Positions 1 to 9,000 of a stretch of DNA of 64,000 nucleotides are shown here, one piece after another. Source of the stretch: Candidatus Salsuginivita brisbanensis (GTDB taxonomy: Bacteria; Verrucomicrobiota; Verrucomicrobiia; Opitutales; Opitutaceae); the NCBI GenBank assembly GCA_038144975.1, contig JAYQOU010000002.1, positions 1,700 through 65,699 on the forward strand, read 5' to 3'. How positions within the stretch are numbered: the stretch's first letter is position 1; each line of letters opens with the position of its first letter. Position numbers and translations under genes: made by a program. The notes under the pieces are model-generated. The model worked only from the letters and a program-made list of their open reading frames with translations, was not told the origin of the DNA and did no database searches.

Positions 1-411
1 AACGAGTACGGATTCAGCCCTGCCTGGGATGCCGGTGCCGCCACCGCGCCGCTCGACCTCTGGCGTGCACAGCAGCAGCCCGATGCGAACGAGGATGCCG
101 CCCTGGTGGAGCGCGGCCGCGACCTTTTCGGAAGGGACCTAATGAACCAGCGGCTATGCTTCTCCTGCCACGCGGTTCGCGGTCATGACTTTTTCGGTGT
201 CACCGGTCCTGACCTCACCCACCTCGGTTCGCGAACCACGATTGCGGCGGGCCTTCTCGAGAACACCCCGGACCAGCTCGCCCGCTGGATCATGAATCCG
301 GGCGAGGTGAAGCCCGGCAACATCATGGCAGTCACCTACGAGGCGGCCAACATCGAGATCAGCGAGGATGACGCCCGCGCGCTCGTCGCCTACCTGCGCA
401 GCCTGAAGTAA
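1..411 (+). CDS. coxB: cytochrome c oxidase subunit II, C-terminal cytochrome c domain (5' partial, enters from upstream of window)
   Basis: Frame 1 is open from nt 1 with no stop before the listed 106..411 ORF. It carries the heme-c motif CFSCH followed by a Met-containing segment. The ORF ends 27 nt before ctaD, the layout expected for a caa3-type subunit II. Confidence 0.8.
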   Translation, partial: NEYGFSPAWDAGAATAPLDLWRAQQQPDANEDAALVERGRDLFGRDLMNQRLCFSCHAVRGHDFFGVTGPDLTHLGSRTTIAAGLLENTPDQLARWIMNPGEVKPGNIMAVTYEAANIEISEDDARALVAYLRSLK

Positions 412-437
412 CTTCCCCCGAACCCCCCGTTTCCTCC

Positions 438-2417
438 ATGGATGCCACGGTAAAGTCAGATTTCATCACGAAGGACGCGCCGCACGCCCCGGCGTCGAAG
501 CCGCTCATGTTCTACCGCCCGACTGCCAAGACCGGGCTCCTGAGCTGGCTCACGACAGTCGACCACAAGCGCATCGGTTTTCTCTACGGTGTCTTCGCCC
601 TGTTCTTTTTCCTGGTGGGCGGCTTCGAGGCCCTGCTCATCCGCCTGCAGCTCGCGGTGCCCAACAACGATCTGCTTTCCGCGCAGGCGTACAACGAAAT
701 GTTCACGATGCACGGCACCACGATGGTGTTCCTTGCCGTGATGCCCCTCTCGGCCGCCTTCTTCAATTTCATCATGCCGCTGCAGATCGGCGCGCGTGAC
801 GTCGCGTTCCCGCGCCTCAATGCCTTCTCGCTGTGGACCTTCGTCGTCGGCGCGATCATGGTGAACCTCGGCTGGTTCATGGATTCGGGCGCGCCGGACA
901 TCGGCTGGTTCGGCTATTCGCCGCTGACGTCTCGGACGATCACGCCTGATCATTCCACCGACATGTGGGTGGTCGGCCTGCAGCTCCTGGGCGTGGCCTC
1001 CATCGCTGCATCGCTCAACTTCATCGTCACCATCATCAACATGCGGGCGCCGGGCATGACCATGATGCGGCTGCCCGTGTTCGTCTGGATGACGCTGGTA
1101 ACCTCCTTCCTCATCATCCTCGCGTTCCCAGCCATCACGATCGCGCTGGTCGAGGTCATGATGGACCGCCTGTTCGGCACGAGCTTCTTCGAGGTGTCCG
1201 GCGGCGGCATGCCGATCCTCTGGCAGCACCTCTTCTGGATCTTCGGGCATCCCGAGGTGTACATCCTGATCCTGCCGGCGATGGGCATCATCTCCGAGAT
1301 CCTGCCCACCTTCGCGCGCAAGCCGCTGTTCGGCTACCCGATCGTGGTCTTCTCGGGCGCGGCCATCGGCTTCGTCGGCTTCGGTGTCTGGAGCCACCAC
1401 ATGTTCACGACGGGCATGGGCACGATCGCCACCGCCGCCTTCGCCGTGGCCACGATGGCCATCGCCGTCCCGACGGGCGTCAAGATCTTCAACTGGATCG
1501 GCACCCTTTGGGGCGGCCACTTGATGATGCGCACACCCATGATGTTCGCACTCGGATTCGTCTGGATGTTCATGATCGGCGGCTTCTCGGGAATCATGCA
1601 TTCCGCGGCCCCGGCCGACGCGCAGCAGCAGGACACCTACTTCATCGTCGCCCACTTCCACTACGTGCTGATCGGCGGCTCGATCTTCGCGCTGCTCGCG
1701 GGCATCCACTACTGGTTCCCCCTGATCTTCGGACGCAAGGTCAGCGAGTTCTGGGGTAAGGTTTCATTCTGGGTGATCTTCGTCGGCTTCAACACGACGT
1801 TCTTCCCGCTGCACTTCCTCGGACTGAACGGCATGCCGCGGCGCACGTTCACCTACGACGCCAACCTAGGCTGGAACACGCCCAACTTCGTGTCGACCGT
1901 GGGCGCACTCATCCTGGGCCTCGGAGTGGCCATCTACTTCATCGTGATGATCTACACGTACTTCCGGGGCGAGAAGGTCGGCCGCGATCCCTGGGACGGC
2001 CGCACGCTCGAGTGGTCGCTGCCGAACCCGGTTCCCGAGTACAACTTCAAGGTCATCCCGACCGTGCACGCGCGCGACGCCTGGTGGTACGAGAAGCACC
2101 ACAAGGAGGAGATCGCCAAGGAGCAGGCCGCGACCGCCAAGGAAGAGGCCGCCCACGGTGGCATCCATATGCCCTTCCAATCGATCTGGCCGCTGCTCGT
2201 GAGCTTCGGCCTTCTGGTCGGTGCAATCGGCGTGGCCGTCATCCCGCGCGAGGATCCCGCCGAGGGGTTCTGGGGCTGGAAGATCGGCATCTCCATGCTG
2301 GGAGCGGTGATCCTGGTCATCGGCATCTTCCTCTGGGCCCACGAGGGCAACGAGGGCTACCACCTCCATACCGAGGACGACGAAGGCCACGGCGGCGCGA
2401 AAAAGGGAGCGCACTGA
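438..2417 (+). CDS. ctaD: cytochrome c oxidase subunit I (heme-copper oxidase, caa3/aa3 type)
   Basis: 659 aa with subunit I signatures (WFFGHPEVYILILP-like 'HLFWIFGHPEVYILILPAMG', 'HHMFTTG', 'VAHFHYVL'). It has about 14 hydrophobic segments, including a C-terminal two-helix extension. Confidence 0.97.
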   Translation: MDATVKSDFITKDAPHAPASKPLMFYRPTAKTGLLSWLTTVDHKRIGFLYGVFALFFFLVGGFEALLIRLQLAVPNNDLLSAQAYNEMFTMHGTTMVFLAVMPLSAAFFNFIMPLQIGARDVAFPRLNAFSLWTFVVGAIMVNLGWFMDSGAPDIGWFGYSPLTSRTITPDHSTDMWVVGLQLLGVASIAASLNFIVTIINMRAPGMTMMRLPVFVWMTLVTSFLIILAFPAITIALVEVMMDRLFGTSFFEVSGGGMPILWQHLFWIFGHPEVYILILPAMGIISEILPTFARKPLFGYPIVVFSGAAIGFVGFGVWSHHMFTTGMGTIATAAFAVATMAIAVPTGVKIFNWIGTLWGGHLMMRTPMMFALGFVWMFMIGGFSGIMHSAAPADAQQQDTYFIVAHFHYVLIGGSIFALLAGIHYWFPLIFGRKVSEFWGKVSFWVIFVGFNTTFFPLHFLGLNGMPRRTFTYDANLGWNTPNFVSTVGALILGLGVAIYFIVMIYTYFRGEKVGRDPWDGRTLEWSLPNPVPEYNFKVIPTVHARDAWWYEKHHKEEIAKEQAATAKEEAAHGGIHMPFQSIWPLLVSFGLLVGAIGVAVIPREDPAEGFWGWKIGISMLGAVILVIGIFLWAHEGNEGYHLHTEDDEGHGGAKKGAH

Positions 2418-2456
2418 GCCGGACCACCCCGACACCAACCCTCAGACTTTTCCCCC

Positions 2457-3308
2457 ATGTCCAGCCACGCAGGCGCCATCGACCACCACCAGGACCCGAG
2501 CACGACCACGGGCATTCCGAACAAGAAGCTCCTCATGTGGGCGTTCCTTGCCTCGGACTGCATGTTCTTCGGTGCCCTGATCGCGACCCACCTGATCTAC
2601 CGGCTGCACCCGCCCGTCGGTAACCCCGACCCGAAGGATATCTTCAGCCCGGCGCTGACCTCCTTCTCCACGTTCATCCTCCTGATGTCGTCGCTGCTCA
2701 TGGCGCTCGCCGTGAACGCAATCCAAAAGAACAACGTGAAGGCCACGCGCAAGTGGCTGCTCGGCACGATGTTCTTCGGTTCGATCTTCCTGTGGTGCCA
2801 GGTCTACGAGTTCCAGGAGTTCGTCCACATCAAGGGCATGACCATCACCAACAGCATGCTCGGCACGACCTTCTTCACGCTGACCGGTACGCACGGTACC
2901 CACGTGGCGATCGGCGTGTTCTGGCTGACGCTGATGTACATCCGCTCATTCCAGCCCGTGAATGGCGCCCGCGGCGCAGCCCTGCTGTTCCGCTACGTCT
3001 GCCACCTGGCTCTCTTCGTCGCCCTTTTCCTGCTCTCGCTGAAGTCGGTCCTCAATTTCGTGCACCTCATCCATGAAACCGGATTCAGCGGCGGCATGAT
3101 TGTGGAGTACCTCAAACACGACTTTCTTGTGCTTGCGGGCATGATAGCCGCCGTTGGTGGCCTAAGCGTGCTGGGACGTGCGCGTGGCCCCGTCGACTTT
3201 GACGAACACAACGCCATCGATGTCGAGTCGATGGGCCTTTACTGGCATTTCGTCGACATCGTCTGGATCGTGATCTTTACCGCCGTTTACCTCATCGAAT
3301 TCATCTGA
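2457..3308 (+). CDS. ctaE: cytochrome c oxidase subunit III (with internal insertion)
   Basis: 'FFTLTGTHGTHVAIGVFWL' and the C-terminal 'LYWHFVDIVWIVIFTAVY' are subunit III hallmarks. Its position directly after ctaD supports the call. Confidence 0.9.
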   Translation: MSSHAGAIDHHQDPSTTTGIPNKKLLMWAFLASDCMFFGALIATHLIYRLHPPVGNPDPKDIFSPALTSFSTFILLMSSLLMALAVNAIQKNNVKATRKWLLGTMFFGSIFLWCQVYEFQEFVHIKGMTITNSMLGTTFFTLTGTHGTHVAIGVFWLTLMYIRSFQPVNGARGAALLFRYVCHLALFVALFLLSLKSVLNFVHLIHETGFSGGMIVEYLKHDFLVLAGMIAAVGGLSVLGRARGPVDFDEHNAIDVESMGLYWHFVDIVWIVIFTAVYLIEFI

Positions 3309-3312
3309 TCCC

Positions 3313-3678
3313 ATGAGCTCCATCGCACACGCCGCCCCCGACGGGGCCCATCATGTGGACAACAAGTTCGGCCTGTTCATCCAGGTTGCGATGATCCTCG
3401 CGGTCATCACCGGCATCGAGATCGTCATCGTCTACCTGCCGATTGCAGAGGGGCTGATCGTCGCCGGCCTGGTCGTGCTCTCGATCGTGAAGTTCATGTA
3501 CGTGATCTTCGTGTTCATGCACCTGAAGTGGGACAAGCTGTTCTGCACGATCCTGTTCTTCATCGGCCTCGTGCTGGCCGTTGGAACGGTGTGGGCGCTG
3601 ATATTGCTTTTCAGTGCGGGAGACAGCGAACCGGTCGGCATGGTCGCACAGGCGGCGCGGTCGCTTCTCGCGGCCTGA
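3313..3678 (+). CDS. ctaF: cytochrome c oxidase subunit IV family protein (prokaryotic COX4)
   Basis: 121 aa with three hydrophobic helices and the 'KFMYVIFVFMHLKWD' motif typical of bacterial subunit IV. It starts 4 nt after the ctaE stop. Confidence 0.8.
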   Translation: MSSIAHAAPDGAHHVDNKFGLFIQVAMILAVITGIEIVIVYLPIAEGLIVAGLVVLSIVKFMYVIFVFMHLKWDKLFCTILFFIGLVLAVGTVWALILLFSAGDSEPVGMVAQAARSLLAA

Positions 3679-3763
3679 TCCGGAGTTCGCGGGTCTTACG
3701 GCATTTAGCCGGGGGACCCGTTCCTCGCATTCGCATTGAAACGCTGCGCTGCGGGCGCGCAGC

Positions 3764-4567
3764 ATGGGGCCTTCTATGATCGACTGGGGCCACTGGCACA
3801 ATGAGCCGTACCTGATAGGCGGTATCATCCTGCTCGGCTGGCTGTATGCAGTGATGACTGGCCCGCTGCGGGCCCATCTGGCTCCGCCAGGAACCCCGTA
3901 CCCGGTGCGGCAGGCCTGGCTCTACTATTCCGGCCTCATGGTATTCTACCTGGCCGTCGGTTCCCCGCTCGACCAGATCGGCGAGCGCTTCCTGTTCTCG
4001 GCCCACATGGTGCAGCACATGCTGCTCGATTACCCGGCGGCGCTCCTGTTCATGCTGGGAATCCCCTCCTGGGTCGCGGACGCACCGATCCGGCGCTTTC
4101 CGTTTCAGTCGGTTCTGCGGGCGATATTCCACCCCCTGGTCTGCGGACTCATCTTCTCGCTCGTCTATTCGATTTGGCACATGCCTTCGCTCTACGAGTG
4201 GGCGCTTCAGAACAAGCTGACCCATGTCGTGCAGCACCTCATGTTCTTCGGCACCGCCCTGTTCTACTGGTGGCCGCTGGTGAGCCCCTCGAAGATCCTC
4301 CGCCCGTCGAGCTACCCCGCACAGATGCTGCACGTATTCGCGGTGGCCGTCTGGCTGACCCCGGTGTTCGCTTACGTGACCTTTTCTCCGGACGTCCTGT
4401 ACCCGACCTATGAGTTTGCTCCACGCCTGATAGCCGAGCTCACTCCGCGCGAGGACCAGGTGCTCGCCGGGACGATCATGAAGATCGGCGGCCTGTCCGT
4501 CGCGCTTGCATGCTTCGGCTGGAGCTTCTGGCGGTGGTCGAGCCGCGGCCAAGCCACGGAGGACTAG
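3764..4567 (+). CDS. ctaG: cytochrome c oxidase assembly factor CtaG (Caa3_CtaG family membrane protein)
   Basis: Polytopic membrane protein with the 'SAHMVQHMLL' and 'HVVQHLMFF' His-rich helices of the Bacillus-type CtaG family. It is the last gene of the cox operon. The start could instead be the internal Met at 3776. Confidence 0.8.
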   Translation: MGPSMIDWGHWHNEPYLIGGIILLGWLYAVMTGPLRAHLAPPGTPYPVRQAWLYYSGLMVFYLAVGSPLDQIGERFLFSAHMVQHMLLDYPAALLFMLGIPSWVADAPIRRFPFQSVLRAIFHPLVCGLIFSLVYSIWHMPSLYEWALQNKLTHVVQHLMFFGTALFYWWPLVSPSKILRPSSYPAQMLHVFAVAVWLTPVFAYVTFSPDVLYPTYEFAPRLIAELTPREDQVLAGTIMKIGGLSVALACFGWSFWRWSSRGQATED

Positions 4568-4569
4568 CA

Positions 4570-5253
4570 TCAGGCCTGACCGTCCGAATTTCCCGACCTA
4601 TTGCTTGGGCTGCTTGCTGAATCATCGGTCGTCCGATGGTACCAGAGCTTTACGCCAGTCCAGAGGACAGCTGGCACGGCGACGCTCAGGCCGAGTGCCA
4701 GACCGGCGTTCTCGTGTCCGATCGACCCGATGAATGAAAAGATGAAGGCCATAGGCGCGCATCCGATTGCCAGCGCGATCGTGAAGTAGGGGAAGGGCAT
4801 GCGGGTCAGCCCTGCGAGGCAGGACCCGACCTCAGCGAGCAGCGGGAGCGAACGGGACAGGGCGACCAGCCAGACGCCATTGCGGCGGAACAGACGCTCA
4901 CCTCGCGCCAGGTCCTCCGCCCCGGCGAGCTTGACCGCCACCGTGTGTCCGAAGGACCGGCAGAGTCCGTATGCAGTCATGCCCGAAAGGAAGCTGCCGG
5001 CAGTGCAGATCAGTCCCCCGCCGAGCGTGCCGTAAAGGTAACCGGCGGCCGACATGATGGCGGTGCCTGGCAAGGGCAGGACAATGTCGAGCATCAGAAG
5101 GATCACGACTGCCAGCCAGCCCAGGGGCCCCCATCCCTGGATCCAGGTGACCGCTGCGTCGCCCGTGAACCAGCTCGTGAAGTTTTCCTCCCAGATGACG
5201 AACGGGATCAGAAACAGCACGGCGAGGGCGACTGCGATCCAAATGAGGCGCAC
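4570..5253 (-). CDS. TVP38/TMEM64 (DedA/VTT domain) family membrane protein
   Basis: 227 aa with multiple TM segments and a VTT-domain-like core ('PLPGTAIMSAAGYLYG', 'RLFRRNGVWLVALSRSLP'). GTG start. Convergent with ctaG, with only 2 nt between the stop codons. Confidence 0.75.
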   Translation of the reverse strand: MRLIWIAVALAVLFLIPFVIWEENFTSWFTGDAAVTWIQGWGPLGWLAVVILLMLDIVLPLPGTAIMSAAGYLYGTLGGGLICTAGSFLSGMTAYGLCRSFGHTVAVKLAGAEDLARGERLFRRNGVWLVALSRSLPLLAEVGSCLAGLTRMPFPYFTIALAIGCAPMAFIFSFIGSIGHENAGLALGLSVAVPAVLWTGVKLWYHRTTDDSASSPSNRSGNSDGQA

Positions 5254-5386
5254 GTCGGGACCCTATATGGGCGGTTGCTGCCGGGGAACAAAAAACATTG
5301 AAACAGAAGGCAATGAAAGCGGGTCGTTCGGGCTTGGAATGCCACCGACCCTTCGGAACGCTCCCTCTATCCAACCCCCAGTACCC

Positions 5387-5908
5387 ATGAAATCCGCTTT
5401 CCCGCTTTTTCTCCTCGTTACTCTGGTCGGTTGTTCGCCCGGTACTCCGCCGCCGGCCCCCGCGCCTGAGGCATCTAACGTGCCAGTGCCCGCGCCTGCG
5501 CCCGCCGCTCCTGTCGCACCTGCGCCGGCACGCACCATCGAGATTACGGCCAACGACCAGATGCGGTTCAGCGTTACGCGCATCGAGGCAGCACCTGGGG
5601 AGCGCCTGACGGTTGTGCTGCGCAACATTGGAGTGCTGCCCAAGACGGTCATGGGACACAACTGGGTGCTGCTGCAGTCGACCGCCAACCCGATGATCTA
5701 CTCAGCCGCGGCCGCCGGCGCGGGCCTCGCGGGAGATTTCATTCCGGCGGAGTACAATTCGCAGGTCATCGTGCATACGCGCCTGCTCGGGCCGGGCGAG
5801 ATGGACACGGTGGAGTTCACGGTTCCCTCGACACCGGGAGAATACCCATTCCTCTGCAGCTTCTCAGGCCACGTCGGCACCATGCGCGGCGTACTGGTCG
5901 TGCAGTGA
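5387..5908 (+). CDS. azurin-type blue copper protein, lipoprotein
   Basis: Internal ATG at 5387 gives the lipobox 'MKSAFPLFLLVTLVGC', followed by a Pro/Ala-rich linker. The cupredoxin domain carries azurin ligand motifs 'MGHNWVL' and 'CSFSGHVGTMRG' (C-x4-H-x3-M). The listed ORF start at 5054 is an upstream over-extension. Confidence 0.85.
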   Translation: MKSAFPLFLLVTLVGCSPGTPPPAPAPEASNVPVPAPAPAAPVAPAPARTIEITANDQMRFSVTRIEAAPGERLTVVLRNIGVLPKTVMGHNWVLLQSTANPMIYSAAAAGAGLAGDFIPAEYNSQVIVHTRLLGPGEMDTVEFTVPSTPGEYPFLCSFSGHVGTMRGVLVVQ

Positions 5909-5928
5909 CAGCCTGACCTGACTCAAAC

Positions 5929-6480
5929 GTGCACGAGCGCCTCGCCCATCCGGCCTTCGATGAGCTGGCCGCGGCGCTAAAGGCGCTCCCACCTGCGCCG
6001 ACGGATGAGGGACGCCTGGTGGCGATCGTATGCAGGGATGCGCCCGGGGTGCATCGATTGCTCGAGAAAACGGAGCTTTCCCTGGAATCCGGACTGTCAG
6101 GAGACAAGTGGGGGAAGACCGCGTCCCGCAAGCCGGACAGCCAGCTCACGCTCATGCGGGCGGATATTGCCCGCCTTGTCGCGGCCGGGCAGTCGCCCGA
6201 GACCTCGGGCGACAACCTCCTGGTCGATCTCGACCTGGCAGCCGGTAACCTTCCGCCGGGATCGATTCTTCGGATAGGCGATGCCGCCGAGATCGAGGTT
6301 ACTCCCTTGGCTCATACCGGCTGCTCCACCTTCGCGGCCCGCTTCGGCGGAGATGCGCTGCGATTCGTCCAGCATGCTACTAATCGCGGACTCAATCTCC
6401 GTGGCGTACACGCCCGGGTGGTTCGGCCCGGCACGATCGAGCAGGGGATGATCGTGCGACTGATCCGTCGCGCCGGATAG
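5929..6480 (+). CDS. MOSC domain-containing protein
   Basis: 183 aa. The C-terminal beta-barrel region 'GDNLLVDLDL...GSILRIGDAAEIEVTPLAHTGCSTF' with a conserved Cys is typical of MOSC domains. GTG start. Confidence 0.7.
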   Translation: MHERLAHPAFDELAAALKALPPAPTDEGRLVAIVCRDAPGVHRLLEKTELSLESGLSGDKWGKTASRKPDSQLTLMRADIARLVAAGQSPETSGDNLLVDLDLAAGNLPPGSILRIGDAAEIEVTPLAHTGCSTFAARFGGDALRFVQHATNRGLNLRGVHARVVRPGTIEQGMIVRLIRRAG

Positions 6481-6583
6481 CCTGCAACGGGCCACGCCGA
6501 TACCCCGAGGTAGGGCGCGTTGTCCCAAACGCGCCGATTCGGAGCTCTGCGCTCCCTGCGGGAGCCAATCAGTACCGAGATTC

Positions 6584-7015
6584 TTACGCTGCCGGCCACC
6601 AGCGATAGAGGAAGAAATAGACCAGCACGCCTGTGACGGACACGTAGAGCCAGATGGGAAACGTCCACTTTGCCCAGGCGCGGTGGCGTTCGAACTGGCC
6701 CTTGATCGCGAGCAGGAAGGTGCGCGGCACAAGGTAGGCGATCGAGATCGCGAGCACGATGTGCGTGAGCAGCATAACATAGTAGACCGTGCGGATCGCG
6801 CCCTCTCCGCCGAACGGGGTGTGCACGCCGCGCACGAGGACCTTGTGGGTGACATAGCCGACGAGGAAGAGCGCCGAGACGACCCCCGCGGACAGCATGA
6901 CCTTGCGGTGGGCGTCCCGCTTGCCGGACTTGATGAGCCCGAAGCCGGCGACAATCAGGATCGTGGCAATGCCGTTTAGCACGGCGTTGAGTGCGGGAAT
7001 GTCGAAAACGGTCAT
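6584..7015 (-). CDS. DUF420 domain membrane protein (CtaM-like, oxidase-associated)
   Basis: 143 aa with four TM helices. The N-terminal 'LNAVLNGIATILIVAGFGLIKSGKRDAHRKVM' matches my memory of DUF420. It sits 26 nt downstream of ctaB on the same strand. Confidence 0.75.
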   Translation of the reverse strand: MTVFDIPALNAVLNGIATILIVAGFGLIKSGKRDAHRKVMLSAGVVSALFLVGYVTHKVLVRGVHTPFGGEGAIRTVYYVMLLTHIVLAISIAYLVPRTFLLAIKGQFERHRAWAKWTFPIWLYVSVTGVLVYFFLYRWWPAA

Positions 7016-7040
7016 CGGAAAAGGATTGCGACGCTGAATC

Positions 7041-7940
7041 TCAAAAGTTGATCACCCGGTCGGCGACCAGCGCGATGAGCAGGAACGGAAGGTAGGTGAT
7101 TGACGAGAAGAACAGTCGCCGGGCTGTGACGTCGCGGCCCGTCGGCTTCAGGAAGACGATCGCCCTCCAGAGGAACCAGAGTCCCAGCGCGCCCGCCGCA
7201 CCCAGATACCAGGGGGTTGCCAGGCCGAGCGGCCCCGGCAGCAGCGAAACGACGAGTAGCAGCACCGTGTTGACGAGCGACCAGGCCGCCACCTTGCCGC
7301 CCGCCTCGTCGCGCACCGGCAGCATGGGAAAGGCCACGGCCGCGTAGTCCTTCCGGTACAGCCAGGCGATCGCCATGAAATGCGGGATCTGCCACAGGAA
7401 CAGGATTCCGAACAGGATCCAGCCGAGCGCGGTCACCCCGCCTTCGCCGGCCGACCAGCCGATCAAAGGGGGAAACGCGCCCGCCAGTGCCCCGATCTCC
7501 GTGCTCCAGCGCGAGGTCCTCTTGGCGGGCGTGTACCACCCGAGGTAGGAGGCGATCGTCAGGAGTGTGAACAGCGCGGCCACGCCGTTGGTCTTCACGA
7601 AAAGAATTCCGAGTGCCGCGATGCACATGAGCCAGCCAACGACGAACGCGGATCCGGGCGGGATCTTGCCCGTCGGGATCGGGCGCTGTGCCGTACGCCG
7701 CATCTTCGCGTCGGTGTCGTACTCCATCCACTGGTTCAGTGCGGCGACGCCTCCGGCGGCCAGCGAAGTGCCGAGAATGACGGCGATCAGCTCGCCCGGC
7801 AGGAACGGGGGCCGCGAGGCGATGTAGCCGACCAGCGCCGTGATGACCGACAGCAGGCTCAGGCCCGGCTTGGTGAGCTGCACGTAGTCGTTGAAGCGCG
7901 CCTTGCCGGCCGCGCCCTCGATGGCGGGTGCGGGTGTCAT
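7041..7940 (-). CDS. ctaB: protoheme IX farnesyltransferase (heme O synthase)
   Basis: UbiA-family motifs ('NQWMEYDTDAKMRRTAQRPIP', 'LFLWQIPHFMAIAW'). The start is set at the internal ATG (complement 7938-7940), which overlaps the ctaA stop as ATGA. The listed 564-aa ORF is an over-extension into ctaA. Confidence 0.92.
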   Translation of the reverse strand: MTPAPAIEGAAGKARFNDYVQLTKPGLSLLSVITALVGYIASRPPFLPGELIAVILGTSLAAGGVAALNQWMEYDTDAKMRRTAQRPIPTGKIPPGSAFVVGWLMCIAALGILFVKTNGVAALFTLLTIASYLGWYTPAKRTSRWSTEIGALAGAFPPLIGWSAGEGGVTALGWILFGILFLWQIPHFMAIAWLYRKDYAAVAFPMLPVRDEAGGKVAAWSLVNTVLLLVVSLLPGPLGLATPWYLGAAGALGLWFLWRAIVFLKPTGRDVTARRLFFSSITYLPFLLIALVADRVINF

Positions 7941-8914
7941 GGCCGGGCGTTCCTCTGGATCTCCGCGTGCCAGGAGAGCCAGGTGAGCCAGAACGTGAGG
8001 GCGAGCAGCAGCGCCGCGACGACCACGTGCCCGGTGGTCATGCCGGGCTCGCGCAGCGTCCAGATGATCTGCGCCCCGAGGGTGATCTGCACGATGAGCA
8101 GCACGATCAGCAGATTGCCGCCGGCGCGCATCAGCTTCGGGAGGGAGGCGTCGAGCCGCAGCATCAGCGCGAACGCGATCAGGACGGCGCCGAGCACCAC
8201 GGCCATCGCGCGGTGGGCAAAATGGATGGCGACCGGGAAGGCCCAGGTATCCGGCAGCAGCGCGCCTGTTTCGGTCGATAAGGGAAACGTGCGAATCGCG
8301 AGTCCAGCCTGATTGTGACGCATCACAACGGCGATTCCGAGCTGCACCAGGATCAGCAGGCAGCTCAAAGAGCCGGCAATCCGGATGCGCCGCGAAACGG
8401 CAAACCGGTGCTCCAGCCACGGACGCGAGAGGCTGACCGCGATCGCGATCAGCAGGCAGATGTAAATGTGGGCGAGAATCCCGTGGGGGATGCGCAGCAG
8501 CTGGCCGACCGTCATCGGCATTCCCAAGATGTGCCAGCCGTCCAGCCTCACGCGCTGGCCGCCAATTATCCCCTGGATCACCACCGCTGCGAGAGCCCAC
8601 CAGGCCAGCGCCCGGAGCCAACGCCGCTCCTCCCGCCGCGAAATCCAGATTGCCAGGGTAAGGGTGATGAGCCCCATCACGGCGCCAGTCAGCCGGTGCG
8701 AGTGCTCGGCAAACATGTAAACATCGCTCAGCCAACCGTCTGGGTTGAGCGACCCGTTCGACAAGGGCCAGTCAGGGAACACCATGCCAGCCCCAATGCT
8801 CGTCGTGAACGCTCCCAAGGCCACCAGCACGAACACCCAGGCCGTACCTACGGCCGCGAACCAGGCGAGTGCGGGTTTGTAGTCCGCCGTCCTTCGGGTC
8901 GTGGCGAGGTTCAT
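7937..8914 (-). CDS. ctaA: heme A synthase (COX15/CtaA family)
   Basis: 325 aa with eight hydrophobic segments. Conserved His-containing helices ('FAEHSHRLTG', 'IHFAHRAMAV') and 'FPDWPLSNG' fit COX15/CtaA. Translationally coupled to ctaB. Confidence 0.88.
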   Translation of the reverse strand: MNLATTRRTADYKPALAWFAAVGTAWVFVLVALGAFTTSIGAGMVFPDWPLSNGSLNPDGWLSDVYMFAEHSHRLTGAVMGLITLTLAIWISRREERRWLRALAWWALAAVVIQGIIGGQRVRLDGWHILGMPMTVGQLLRIPHGILAHIYICLLIAIAVSLSRPWLEHRFAVSRRIRIAGSLSCLLILVQLGIAVVMRHNQAGLAIRTFPLSTETGALLPDTWAFPVAIHFAHRAMAVVLGAVLIAFALMLRLDASLPKLMRAGGNLLIVLLIVQITLGAQIIWTLREPGMTTGHVVVAALLLALTFWLTWLSWHAEIQRNARP

Positions 8915-9000
8915 GAGCGCAGGGGATCGGCAGGAGAAGGGGCGATTCTGCCTGCCGCAAACCCTTTGACAAATTATTCCGCCGGCGAATGCGTTAGTGC

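Noticed and set aside
456-1709. 417-aa ORF antisense to ctaD, plus many similar long ORFs on the opposite strand or in alternate frames of real genes. Examples are 8974..9867, 12612..13874, 23119..24234, 30343..31533, 44311..46038, 46812..47819 and 54388..55542.
   Set aside because: These are typical stop-codon-poor shadow frames of a ~70% G+C genome. Their translations are Arg/Gly/Ala/Pro/His-rich with no recognisable domains. Each lies opposite or out of frame with a gene that has clear family motifs.
4565-4572. Convergent ctaG and VTT-family genes with stop codons only 2 nt apart and no terminator.
   Set aside because: This is real in the sequence but not unusual for compact genomes, and no further signal is attached to it.
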